In this document: piece by piece, positions 42,470-52,518 of the stretch | How positions within the stretch are numbered: position 1 is the first letter of the stretch | How the letters are laid out: each line of letters starts with the position of its first letter | Assembly (NCBI RefSeq): GCF_011386835.1 | Contig: NC_088794.1 | Location: 3,038,001 to 3,102,000, forward strand | DNA: 64,000 bases | Reading direction: 5' to 3' | DNA from: Chrysemys picta bellii | Taxonomy: Eukaryota | The notes under the pieces: model-generated | What the model was told of the DNA's origin: nothing | The model's database searches: none | The model's input: only the letters and a program-made list of their open reading frames with translations | Position numbers and translations under genes: made by a program

Positions 42470-42730
42470 TACAAAATACTCAGATATTTTATTCGTCGTA
42501 TATAAAAAACAAGCAGATGCTATGAAAAATATCTAAGGACTATGTAGGACACATGCAAAGGTTAAAACGAGGTGACCCAACTCCCACTCTCCTCTAGAGG
42601 CAGAGGCTAGGCTTGGGGTGCTCTATTTGGCCTCCCCCCCCCAAAGACAACCCTCTAATTTTCAGCTATCAGCGCTTCGACGGGGCAGGGCCTCGAGTCG
42701 GGTGGCATCAGGCCATGTTCTGGGCGTCGC
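42470..42730 (-). other. Terminal exon of an unidentified minus-strand gene
   Basis: Pyrimidine tract and acceptor attctcccctccctag|GCGACG at 42731/42730; AATAAA (rc) at 42488-42493; possible upstream exon end EEDTEAKLLETHG|gtagat running into the gap. Confidence 0.45.
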
Positions 42731-42940
42731 CTAGGGAGGGGAGAATGGGACCGGAGAGGAGCCGGGCTGGGGTGCGAGAGGACACACATCTGAGGGGAGG
42801 AGAGCTGGAAGGTAGCAGGACACGGATGGATCATGTGGGCTGAGGACCATTGCAGCGTGGTGGGGTCCAGAAGCCAAGATGAAGCCACCACGAATGGCAT
42901 CTACCATGGGTCTCTAGCAGCTTAGCTTCTGTATCCTCCT

Positions 42941-42950
42941 NNNNNNNNNN
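42941..42950. other. Assembly gap (10 N)
   Basis: nnnnnnnnnn in the sequence. Confidence 1.
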
Positions 42951-43590
42951 AAATCCCGATCGCCTCCCAGGACCGCGAGAGAAATCCCGATCGCCTCCCA
43001 GGCCGCGAGAGAAATCCCGATCGCCTCCCAGGCCGCGAGAGAAATCCCGATCGCCCCCCAGGCCGCGAGAGAAATCCCGATCGCCCCCAGGCCGCGAGAG
43101 AAATCCCGATCGCCCCCCAGGCCGCGAGAGAAATCCCGATCGCCCCCGAGGCCGCGAGAGAAATCCCGATCGCCCCCGAGGCCGCGAGAGAAATCCCGAT
43201 CGCCCCCGAGGCCGCGAGAGAAATCCCGATCGCCTCCCCGAGGCCGCGAGAGAAATCCCGATCGCCTCCCAGGCCGCGAGAGAAATCCCGATCGCCTCCC
43301 AGGCCGCGAGAGAAATCCCGATCGCCTCCCAGGCCGCGAGAGAAATCCCGATCGCCTCCCAGGCCGCGAGAGAAATCCCGATCGCCCCCGAGGCCGCGAG
43401 AGAAATCCCGATCGCCCCCAAGACGCAGCAGGTCTGGCTCATCTCCCAGGCCGCGAGAGAAATCCCGATCGCCCCCGAGGCCGCGAGAGAAATCCCGATC
43501 GCCCCCCAGGCCGCGAGAGAAATCCCGATCGCCCCCAAGACGCAGCAGGTCTGGCTCATCTCCCAGGCCGCGAGAGAAATCCCGATCTCC
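42951..43590 (+). repeat. Coding 30-bp tandem repeat (RPREKSRSPP), ~19 units, continuing into the gap
   Basis: Unit aggccgcgagagaaatcccgatcgcctccc; two units carry the longer insert agacgcagcaggtctggctcatct (RRSRSGSS). Confidence 0.95.
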
Positions 43591-44970
43591 TGCTAGGTAT
43601 GGCAGTTCCGGCTCTTTTCTGAGATCTAGAGAGAAATCCAGATCTCCCGCAAGGTACGGCATATCCGGCTCGTCTCTAAGACTTCAAGAGAAATCCAGAT
43701 CCACTCCAAGGCGTGGCAGGTCTGGCTCATCCCCAAGACCTCGAGAGAAGCTGGGGGCATCTCCCAGAAGCAGCCGCTCTGGGTCGTCTCCAGAGAGACC
43801 CAAGGGCCCGACGAGGCGTGGCCGGTCCAGCTCTCCCTCCAGAAGGGGGAAGTGGAGATCTTCCCTGCGGCGAGGAAGATCTGGGTCGTCGCCCAGGAGA
43901 ACCCGGTCCCGGTCCATCTCCAGACGAGGCAAATCCAGAGGCTCCCTGCGGAGGGACAGATCCATCTCGTCGCCCGGCAGGAGCCGCTCGAGATCCACCT
44001 CGCGATTCTCCCCGCCGCCGGGAGCGCTCGCCGTCCTCGCCTCGCCGTAGCAGATCCCGCACGCCACCCCCGCCGAGGCCGAGCGGGGTCCTCCCCCCGG
44101 CGCCGCGGCTCCCGCCAGCCCCGCTCCCGCTCCCCACCGAAACTGGATGTCTCCCGCACCCCCGGCCTCTTCCTATCGTGGCCGCTCAAAAGCGTCGCCG
44201 GCCAGGACCCGATCAGGCTCGGGCTCGCCGAAACGAGCCGGGAGGAGGTCCCGCTCGCCGCCGGTGCTGGAGAAATACCCCAAAGTGGGAGCGGCCGACA
44301 AGGCAGCACCAGGAAGAGCTGAAAAGACGTCGCCCGTGGTGGCGGTGCCCATCCGGCGCAGCCCGTCCCGCTCCCCGCCGGCGCCGGATGAGGCCTCCCC
44401 CAAAACCAGGAAAGCCCATTCCCCTGCCCCCAAGATTCACTCCCCGCGGCCGGAGGGGTCCCTGGGGGCGGTGAGGAACGGGGGTCCGGCGCCCGCCTGG
44501 ACCCTGAACTCCTGCCCTGCGGCCCCTGGGGGCTCCCCGCCTGCCGGCCGCCTCCCCCTAGCCAAAGGGCCAGAGAAAGTCAGATCTTCCTCCTCTTCCT
44601 CTTCCTCCTCCTCCTCTGCCTCCCACAAGGTGCCCAGCCCCCTGCCCGCCCCACTCCCGGTGCTGCCCCCCAAGGAGGAAGACAGGGAAGGCCCCAAGGT
44701 CAAGTCGGAGCCGCCAGCCCCGGAGGTGCCCCGGGAGCTGCTAGACAAAGCCCGGAGCGGAGTCCCCAAGCCGCTGGTGCCGCTGCCGGTGCCCCCCCGC
44801 ACCCCGTCCAAAGAGAAGAGGAGCTCGTCCACCTCCTCGTCATCCTCGTCCTCCTCCTCTTCCTCCTCCTCGTCCTCGTCGTCCTCCTCTGACTCCAGCT
44901 CCAGCTCCTCAGAGTCCAGCCACGACTCCCCAGCGAGCAAGGGGCCCGACCTGGAGACGGCGAAGAAAGA
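42951..44970 (+). CDS. SRRM2: SRRM2 giant exon, 3' portion (truncated by the gap; frameshifts at ~42972, 43084, 43235, 44006, 44070, 44160)
   Basis: RPREKSRSPP repeats, then RSGSSP repeats, ending ETAKK-GA|gtgagt. Confidence 0.9.
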
Positions 44971-46471
44971 GTGAGTCCCCCGCAGCTCGGCGCCCCCCCA
45001 CCCAGCTCCCTCCCCCCATTCCTTCTGTCCCAGCCTGGCGCCCCCCCTGCGCGCGGCGCCCCCTGCCCCAGTTTCTCATGCTCCCCCTGTCCGCAGGCCC
45101 CCGAGCCCGGTGCAGAAAGAGCCGGCCCGCGAGGGGCGTCCCCTGGAGGTGGCCAAGCGGAAACGCCGTTCCCGAAGCTCCAGCAGCTCCAGCAGCAGCT
45201 CATCGTCGTCCTCCTCCTCGTCTTCGTCCTCGTCTTCCTCCTCGTCCTCGTCCTCCTCTTCCTCGTCCTCTTCCTCCTCCTCCTCCTCGTCCTCCTCCTC
45301 CCCCAAGCCGGGGCCCCAGCCGCAGCCAAGGCAGCCCCCAAGAAGCCCTCGCCCGAGCAGAGGCGGTAAGTGTGGAGCGTTGGCCCGGACGCCTGGGTCC
45401 CCGTTCTCCTGGTGGGGGCGGGCTAGCGCAGACCTGAGTTGGGGGGGTGGGGGGGCGCGGGCAGGTGCTGGGTCCCTGTTCTAGGGGTTGGGCATTGCCA
45501 GGCTGGACACCTGGGTCTGTCTGAGGGTGTCTCACCTGCTGTCCCCCCCTCCCCCCACAGCTCCCGGAGTCCCCGGAAGCCGATCGACTCCCTGCGCGAC
45601 TCTCGCTCTCTCAGCTATTCCCCGGCCGAGCGGCGCCGGCCCTCCCCCCCGGAACCCCCTCCGGCCCAGCGGGACCGGCACAGGTAGGTGTCTGCCGGAG
45701 CCCCCCAGGGACCAGCTTGGGAGGGGGGGAACGCTAGGAGGGAAGGGCGAGGGGTGGGGGGGCTGAGGAGCAGGGGAGGGGGGAATCGGGTGCCTGGGAG
45801 GGGAGGTCTTGGGGGGGCCTGTGGGTCAGATCTGGGGGCCCCACTGACCCTCCCCTTACCCGGCGCCCCCCCCTCAGTGACAAACCCTCCCAGAGGAGTC
45901 GAGGAACCAACAGCCGCTCCCCGGCTCGCAAGCGCAGGCGGGAAACGCCCAGCCCCCCCCACGCTGCCCGTCGCCGAGCGTCCCGGTACGAGGGGGCTGA
46001 GACAGGGCTAGATGGGCCCGGGGGGCTGGGAGAGGGCAGCATACTGGGGTAGATTGGCCCATGGGGCTGGGAGAGGGCAGGATACCGGGGTAGATGGGCC
46101 CATGAGGGGGCAAGATACTGGGGTAGATGGGCCCATGAGGGGGCAGGATACCGGGGTAGAAGGGCCCATGGGCCTGAACTGAGAGTGTGGGTGGGGTACT
46201 GGGGTACATGGGCCCGTGGGGCTGATGGGCGGGGTGTGCGGGACAGGACAGGATACATGGGCCCGTGGGGCTGTTCTGGGGGCGGACGGGGGTAAATGGG
46301 CATACGAGGCTGATCAGGAGGGGCAGGGAGGAGGCGGGATACCGGGGTAGATGGGCCCGTGGGACTGAGCCATTGGGGTCTGTGCTCCCCCCTTTCTCCA
46401 CCAGGGGGCAGACCTCTCCCGGTATCCCCTTAATCTCTCTCCCCCTTTCTCTTCTTTTAAGGTCGCCGTAG
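42951..46471 (+). CDS. SRRM2: Serine/arginine repetitive matrix protein 2, 3' part: join(<42951..44970,45097..45365,45561..45683,45878..45985,46462..46471), with apparent single-base indels
   Basis: RS/SP-rich sequence, KEKRSSS..poly-Ser, AKRKRRS..poly-Ser, SRSPRKPIDSLRDSRSLSYSP.ERRRPSP, RKRRRETPSP and the terminal RSP* match the recalled SRRM2 C-terminus; all introns are GT-AG. Confidence 0.95.
45097..45365 (+). CDS. SRRM2: SRRM2 poly-Ser exon (1-nt deficit near 45326)
   Basis: ccgcag|GCCC..AGGCG|gtaagt; 269 nt where 270 is needed to keep frame. Confidence 0.9.
45561..45683 (+). CDS. SRRM2: SRRM2 exon (SRSPRKPIDSLRDSRSLSYSPAERRRPSP)
   Basis: 123 nt, phase 2-2. Confidence 0.95.
45878..45985 (+). 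CDS. SRRM2: SRRM2 penultimate exon (..RSPARKRRRETPSP..)
   Basis: 108 nt, phase 2-2. Confidence 0.92.
46462..46471 (+). CDS. SRRM2: SRRM2 last exon, coding part (R-S-P-stop)
   Basis: cttcttttaag|GTCGCCGTAG. Confidence 0.9.
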
Positions 46472-47664
46472 CCCGTGGGGCTCCGCCCAGCCTCCAGCAG
46501 CAGCGCCCCCTAGCAGGGGCTCCGGCAGCAGCCTCCTCTGTTTCCATTGGCTCCTTCCCTCCCTTCACCTCCCCCTCCCTCATTGGTCGGCGGCTACGTC
46601 CCGCCCCCTTGGCTGCCGGGGCCCCGCCCCGTTGTGACTCGAATCTCGTTTTTTTCCATGTGAGCGTTTCAGTTTTTTCTCTTCTGTGAGTTTTTACCGA
46701 TAAAAAAACCCGACAAAACTTCTGTGTTTTGAGACAAGTGGGGGGGAGGGGGGAGTTGGGTTGATTTAGACAAAAAATGGTTCAAGAGGAAAACACAAAA
46801 AAAGGGGGGGTGGGATTTTGGGGTGGGAGGCGGAAAAAGCCGGCTTGATTTAGCATTTCTCAGTCGGGGGGCAGGGAGCTGGCGAGAGGCTGCTTCTCCG
46901 GCGGAGACCCGTATGGCATGTGCCCCCCTACATTTCTGAGGTGCATTGCTCCTCTTTGAAGCACCCCCAATTTTCAGGGGGTGAATCCCCCCAAATTTCG
47001 GGTTTAGATCACCCCCTCTTTGGCAGCCCCCAAATTTTAGGGGGTAGATTGCTCCCTTTTCACTGGCAGCAGCGCTAGGAGCTGTCCTTGCTAGCACCCC
47101 AAATGCCATATCCCCCTTCCCAGCCCCCCCCAAATTACTCTAAGAGGGGGCGAGGAAGTGATTTGAGTTTCCCTTGCCATTAAAATGTGGGGGAGCGCCT
47201 CTTTGGGCTCACCAGGGGGGTTCAGCTATCGATATTTGGGGGGATGTTAGCAGCAGCCCCCTGAGTTCTGGGGCATAATCTGCCCTCCTCTTAGGAGCCA
47301 CCCCCAAAATTAGACTCTGATTTAGGGGAGCGTATGCGCTTTCAGTTAAATTTGGGGCACCTCTTCGGATGCATGGAGGGGGCAGAGTTGGGGTTCCCTG
47401 GACCCCCCAATAAAGGGACTCTTTGGGGGGGGCTCTTTGTAGCCCATAACAGCAGTTGGGGGCACCGTCAGCAGAGCCCAGAGCATAGCGGTTTTGGAGC
47501 GGGAGTGGCTGGGCTGCAGGCCCCACGGTTTGGGGGGGCGAGCCGGCTGAGAAACCCTAAATCGAAGGGCAGATTTGGGGGTGGGGGGGCAGAGAATTTT
47601 CTTCACGTTTCTTAAAAGCGTTTGATTTTTTTTTAATCTGTACAGCGAGGAGACTTTTCTGTGA

Positions 47665-47670
47665 AATAAA
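47665..47670 (+). terminator. SRRM2 polyadenylation signal
   Basis: AATAAA about 1.2 kb after the stop, following U-rich 3'UTR sequence (tttttttaatctgtacag). Confidence 0.7.
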
Positions 47671-48029
47671 CGACGAAAAGCAGAACCTGCGCCCCCTCCC
47701 TTTCCTCGGGTGCCTGCGGCTTTCGGGGGGCGGGGGGCCCCCAAACCTCCTCCCACCCCCGGCGGCCTGTCAGTAACGGGGGGAGGCTCCCCCGCGGGGA
47801 CAGCGGGGGCAGGAACGAGCCGGGGAGGGATCCCTGCGTAACGGGGGGCTGGGGGGCCTCACTCCAGTGAACACCTTTATGGAGCGACAGGCGAACCTGC
47901 TGCTGTCATATCGGCAACGGCCACAAGAGGGCGGCACTGCCCTTGGCAGGGGGACCGGGATGTACCAAGTCCAGCCCTGTCTCCCATGTGTTGGTACAGG
48001 CTGGAATGTCCCATTTCATTACCCCCCCC

Positions 48030-49805
48030 TGCAGCTCTGCCGGTGCCCCTCACTCCCGACCCGCAGCCCCTGCCAGCCCCCTCATCCCCCCCCCCAGCTC
48101 TGTCCCCCCCCAGCTCTGCCGGTGCCCCTCACTCCCCACCCGCAGCTCCTGCTAGCCCAGCCCTGGGCCCCCCTGCAGCTCTGCCGGTGCCCCTCACTCC
48201 CGACCCGCAGCCCCCTGCCAGCCCAGCCCTGCCCCCCCCAGCTCTGCCAGTGCCCCTCACTCCCGACCCGCAGCCCCCTGCCAGCCCAGCCCTGCCCCCC
48301 CAGCTCTGCCAGTGCCCCTCACTCCCGACCCGCAGCCCCTGCCAGCCCAGCCCTGGTCTCCCCCAGCTCTGCCAGTGCCCCTCACTCCCGACCCGCAGCC
48401 CCTGCTAACCCAGCCCTGGGCTCCCCCCCCAGCTCTGCCGGTGCCCCTCACTCCCCACCCGCAGCCCCTGCCAGCCCAGCCCTGCCCCCCCAGCCCTGCC
48501 GGTGCCCCTCACTCCCGACCCGCAGCCCCTGCCAGCCCAGCCCTGCCCCCCCCCCCAGCTCTGCCGGTGCCCCTTACTCCCGACCCGCAGCCCCTGCCAG
48601 CCCCCTCGTCCCCCCCCCAGCCCTGTCCCCCCCCCAGCTCTGCCGGTGCCCCTCACTCCCCACCCGCAGCCCCTGCCAGCCCAGCCCAGCCCCCCCCCGC
48701 TCTGCCGGTGCCCCTCACTCCCAACCCGCAGCCCTTGCCAGCCCCCTCGTCCCCCCCCCCCAGCTCTGCCGGTGCCCCTCACTCCCGACCCGCAGCCCCT
48801 GCCAGCCCCCTCGTCCCCCCCCAGCTCTGCCCGTGCCCCTCACTCCCGACCCGCAGCCCCTGCTAGCCCAGCCCTGCCCCCCCCCCAGCTCTGCCGGTGC
48901 CCCTCACTCCCGACCCGCAGCCCCTGCCAGCCCCCTCGTCCCCCCCCAGCTCTGCCCGTGCCCCTCACTCCCGACCCGCAGCCCCTGCTAGCCCAGCCCT
49001 GCCTCCCCCAGCTCTGCCGGTGCCCCTCACTCCCGACCCGCAGCCCCTGCCAGCCCAGCCCTGCCTCCCCCAGCTCTGCCCGTGCCCCTCACTCCCGACC
49101 CGCAGCCCCTGCTAGCCCAGCCCTGCCTCCCCCAGCTCTGCCGGTGCCCCTCACTCCCGACCCGCAGCCCCTGCTAGCCCAGCCCTGCCTCCCCCAGCTC
49201 TGCCCGTGCCCCTCACTCCCGACCCGCAGCCCCTGCTAGCCCAGCCCCTGCCTCCCCCAGCTCTGCCGGTGCCCCTCACTCCCGACCCGCAGCCCCTGCT
49301 AGCCCAGCCCTGCCTCCCCCAGCTCTGCCGGTGCCCCTCACTCCCGACCCGCAGCCCCTGCTAGCCCAGCCCTGCCTCCCCCAGCTCTGCCGGTGCCCCT
49401 CACTCCCGACCCGCAGCCCCTGCCAGCCCAGCCCTGCCTCCCCCAGCTCTGCCCGTGCCCCTCACTCCCGACCCGCAGCCCCTGCTAGCCCAGCCCTGCC
49501 TCCCCCAGCTCTGCCGGTGCCCCTCACTCCCGACCCGCAGCCCCTGCTAGCCCAGCCCTGCCTCCCCCAGCTCTGCCGGTGCCCCTCACTCCCGACCCGC
49601 AGCCCCTGCCAGCCCAGGCCTGCCTCCCCCAGCTCTGCCCGTGCCCCTCACTCCCGACCCGCAGCCCCTGCTAGCCCAGCCCTGCCTCCCCCAGCTCTGC
49701 CGGTGCCCCTCACTCCCGACCCGCAGCCCCTGCTAGCCCAGCCCTGCCTCCCCCAGCTCTGCCGGTGCCCCTCACTCCCGACCCGCAGCCCCTGCCAGCC
49801 CAGGC
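48030..49805. repeat. Sat-A array (~28 units; distal half highly homogeneous)
   Basis: C-rich strand on +. Confidence 0.95.
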
Positions 49806-50966
49806 CTGGGCTCCCTTTCCTCACAGGGCTCTGCCCGTGCCCCTCGATGCTCTACCTCTGCTGTGGGGTAGGCAGGTGGTTACAGCGGTTTGTGCGCCGT
49901 GGGGCAGGGCTCAGCAGGGGGGTGCTCTTTCCTGGCAGTCAGGACTGGCCCCAGTGTGACACTCGGGGGCGCTGTGGGGCAGGGAGCAGGGTGAAGCTAA
50001 GCTGAAGCGTTTCCTTTGAAGCTGTCCCTGCGCCCCGGAGTCTGGGTCCAGCCCCAAACCAGGGGCTTCTGTTCTGCCTCCCTCGCTCCCCGTCAGCCCC
50101 AGAATGGGTTTTCCCTCCCACTTTGTGTTGCCAACTTCTCTGCAGCGTCGCTGTGCAGCTGTTCCCCTGCTGCCACACCCCAGAGGTGGCTGCATCTCAG
50201 CCACAGGTGAGTCGTCCCTGTGCAGTGTTATATGTGGCTGTTCCGTAGCCGCTCTGCCCCGGAGGTGGTTGCATCTCAGTGTCAGGTGAGCCATCCCTGT
50301 GTGGTGTTACAGGTGGCTTTTCCCCTGCTGCCCCACCCCAGAGGCGGCTGCATCTCTGTGCCAGACGAATGAATTTGAGGAGGCAGGTGATGAGTTTTTG
50401 TCTTTTAATGCAGCAGTTTATTTGAATACAGACGCTGGCTGAGGTACAGTCCCGAGCTCCCTCCTCCCCGGCTTTGTCCAGATAACAACCTTCTATAGCT
50501 GTTTTGCCCCAGCAAAGTTTTGAAAACCTGCCCCCCCCCCCCCCCCCCGGGCCGGGTTCTGAGCAGACCCTGGGTGCTCCCCGAGTTTGGGTTCCTGATA
50601 CCTTCATTTCTCCTGCTCCTGAATCCCCTAGAATCTCAGGGGGATTTTCACCCCCAAGTCCCGGACTCCTGGGTCCCTCCATTCTGACACCCCGGTTTCC
50701 CTTGGCTCCTTGCTCTTCTCCGATGCCTGGGTCCTGCCACTGGACCCGGACTCCTGGGTCCCCTTCCACCAATGCTCCCCGCCTCTGGCGCTGGGAACCA
50801 CTCCCCACGTTTCTCCTCCCAGACCCTGAGCTCTTGGATTCCTGGCTCCCACCCCCCTCCTCTCAGCCCCGGGCCGGACTCCTGGGTTCCCTTCCCCCAC
50901 CCTCTCCGGCGCCCGGCCTCTTGGGTCCCCAGCCCCTGCGGCGCGGCGGTCTCTCGTCCCGTTGCT

Positions 50967-51054
50967 CACAGTACACTCATCCATAAAGTAGGAAACACTA
51001 CACGGGACGCGGCGGTTTAGTAGTGCTTTCTACTTTATGGAGGAGTGCACTGTC
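50967..51054 (-). ncRNA. MIR142: mir-142 family pre-miRNA (5p 51039-51019 CAUAAAGUAGAAAGCACUACU; 3p 51002-50980 UGUAGUGUUUCCUACUUUAUGGA)
   Basis: Minus strand reads GACAGUGCACUCCUCCAUAAAGUAGAAAGCACUACU-AAACCGCCGCGUCCCG-UGUAGUGUUUCCUACUUUAUGGAUGAGUGUACUGUG. Both arms are identical to recalled mature miR-142, the flanking stem is conserved and the loop is divergent. Confidence 0.97.
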
Positions 51055-52061
51055 CGTATCGGTGCCAGTCCTCGGGCGGCGTCCCCCGGCGGGCACTGCC
51101 TGTGCCAGGCTCCGGCTGCCCCATCCCTCCCCTGCCCTTCCCTCAGCTCCCACTGCCTGCGGTCCCCGGCTGGGTAACGAACAGGGAGCCACAAGCAGAG
51201 GGGGCCGGTTCAGGGACCCTGTGTTGGATTGTCAGAACCCAGGTCCCCGCTCTGATCCGCTAGATCCGCTCCCCTCCCAGAGCTGGGAGAGAACCCAGGC
51301 ATCCGGGCTTCCAGCCCTCTCTGCTCTAACCAGTAGCCCCCACTCTCCTGCCAGAGCTTTAGTTCGGTATAATTAACAACAAAATGATGACTCATATGGT
51401 GATTGTTATAAGCTAACGAGCACTTATTAATTGAGACTGATTTAACAGCGACCGGTTACAATGATCACTGAATTATTAATTCTCTAATTACTATATTAAA
51501 CTAAAGATCCCGTAGCCACAGCCCGTTGCCAATTATCAAACGAGTCCTCACGATCTCCAAGGTGGATCCGCTGCTCGTTAGCTGGCGAGGAAAGATTTAG
51601 GTGCCATTTAACGCTGCAGACCTCAGGGTCTTGATTGAATTACTCGTTAGAAAATGGGGATTAATGACTAAATACTATTCTTAAGTGACTAATAATTCTA
51701 CAGTTCTGACCAATTGTTAATGTTCGTTTCTGGCTGCAAAAAGGATTTGCTAGGCTGCAGATAAATCGGTGTGAAAGGGGGAATTCGTGGAAGCATTGAC
51801 AGCCCGCTAGCAGCAGCGCCGTCTCATTGCCTAGGCCCTGGCTCATGCTTGCAAACGTAATCGCTCCGTTCCTAATTTGACAGCGGCCACTTGCACCTTC
51901 CCGTGCCGCCGGCTGCGGGAGACGGACCGAGCCGAGACTAGAGCTTCCGCGGGGGGAGGAAACGTCATTTTAGTCGAGGAAACTAACTCGGGAGGATCGG
52001 CGCAGCGAGCAACTATTTGATAGTTGGCAAATAAGGCAAGAAATAAAAATCAGTAAGTAAC

Positions 52062-52495
52062 CACTAGTCTCCACTCCCCTCCCAGAGCTGGGAGAGAACC
52101 CAGGAGTCCTGGCTCCCAGCCCGCCCTGCTCTAACCACTAGACCCCACTCCCCTCCCAGAGCCGGGGAGAGAACCCAGGAGTCCTGGCTCCCAGCCCCTC
52201 CTGCTCTAACCACTAGACCCCACTCCCCTCCCAGAGCCGGGGAGAGAACCCAGGAGTCCTGGCTGCCAGCCCCTCCTGCTCTAACCACTAGACCCCACTC
52301 CCCTCCCAGAGCCGGGGAGAGAACCCAGGAGTCCTGGCTCCCAGCCCCCCCGTTCTAACCACTAGACCCCACTCCCCTCCCAGAGCCGAGGAGAGAACCC
52401 AGGAGTCCTGGCTCCCAGCCCCCCACGTTCTAACCACTAGACCCCACTCCCCTCCCAGAGCCGGAGAGAGAACCCAAGAGTCCGGCCTCCCAGCC
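52062..52495 (-). repeat. Sat-B SINE-head tandem (~6 units)
   Basis: Reverse complement of the unit at 285-918. Confidence 0.9.
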
Positions 52496-52518
52496 TGGAG
52501 CAAAGGAGACCACCTTAC

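Noticed and set aside
42831-43662. Minus-strand GDRDFSRGL / AIGISLAAW repeat ORFs
   Set aside because: Antisense of the SRRM2 RPREKSRSPP coding repeat; they run through the N gap
47700-50900. ELOB/TCEB2 expected downstream of SRRM2 from human order
   Set aside because: No exon matching the recalled ELOB sequence seen; the interval is satellite plus mir-142
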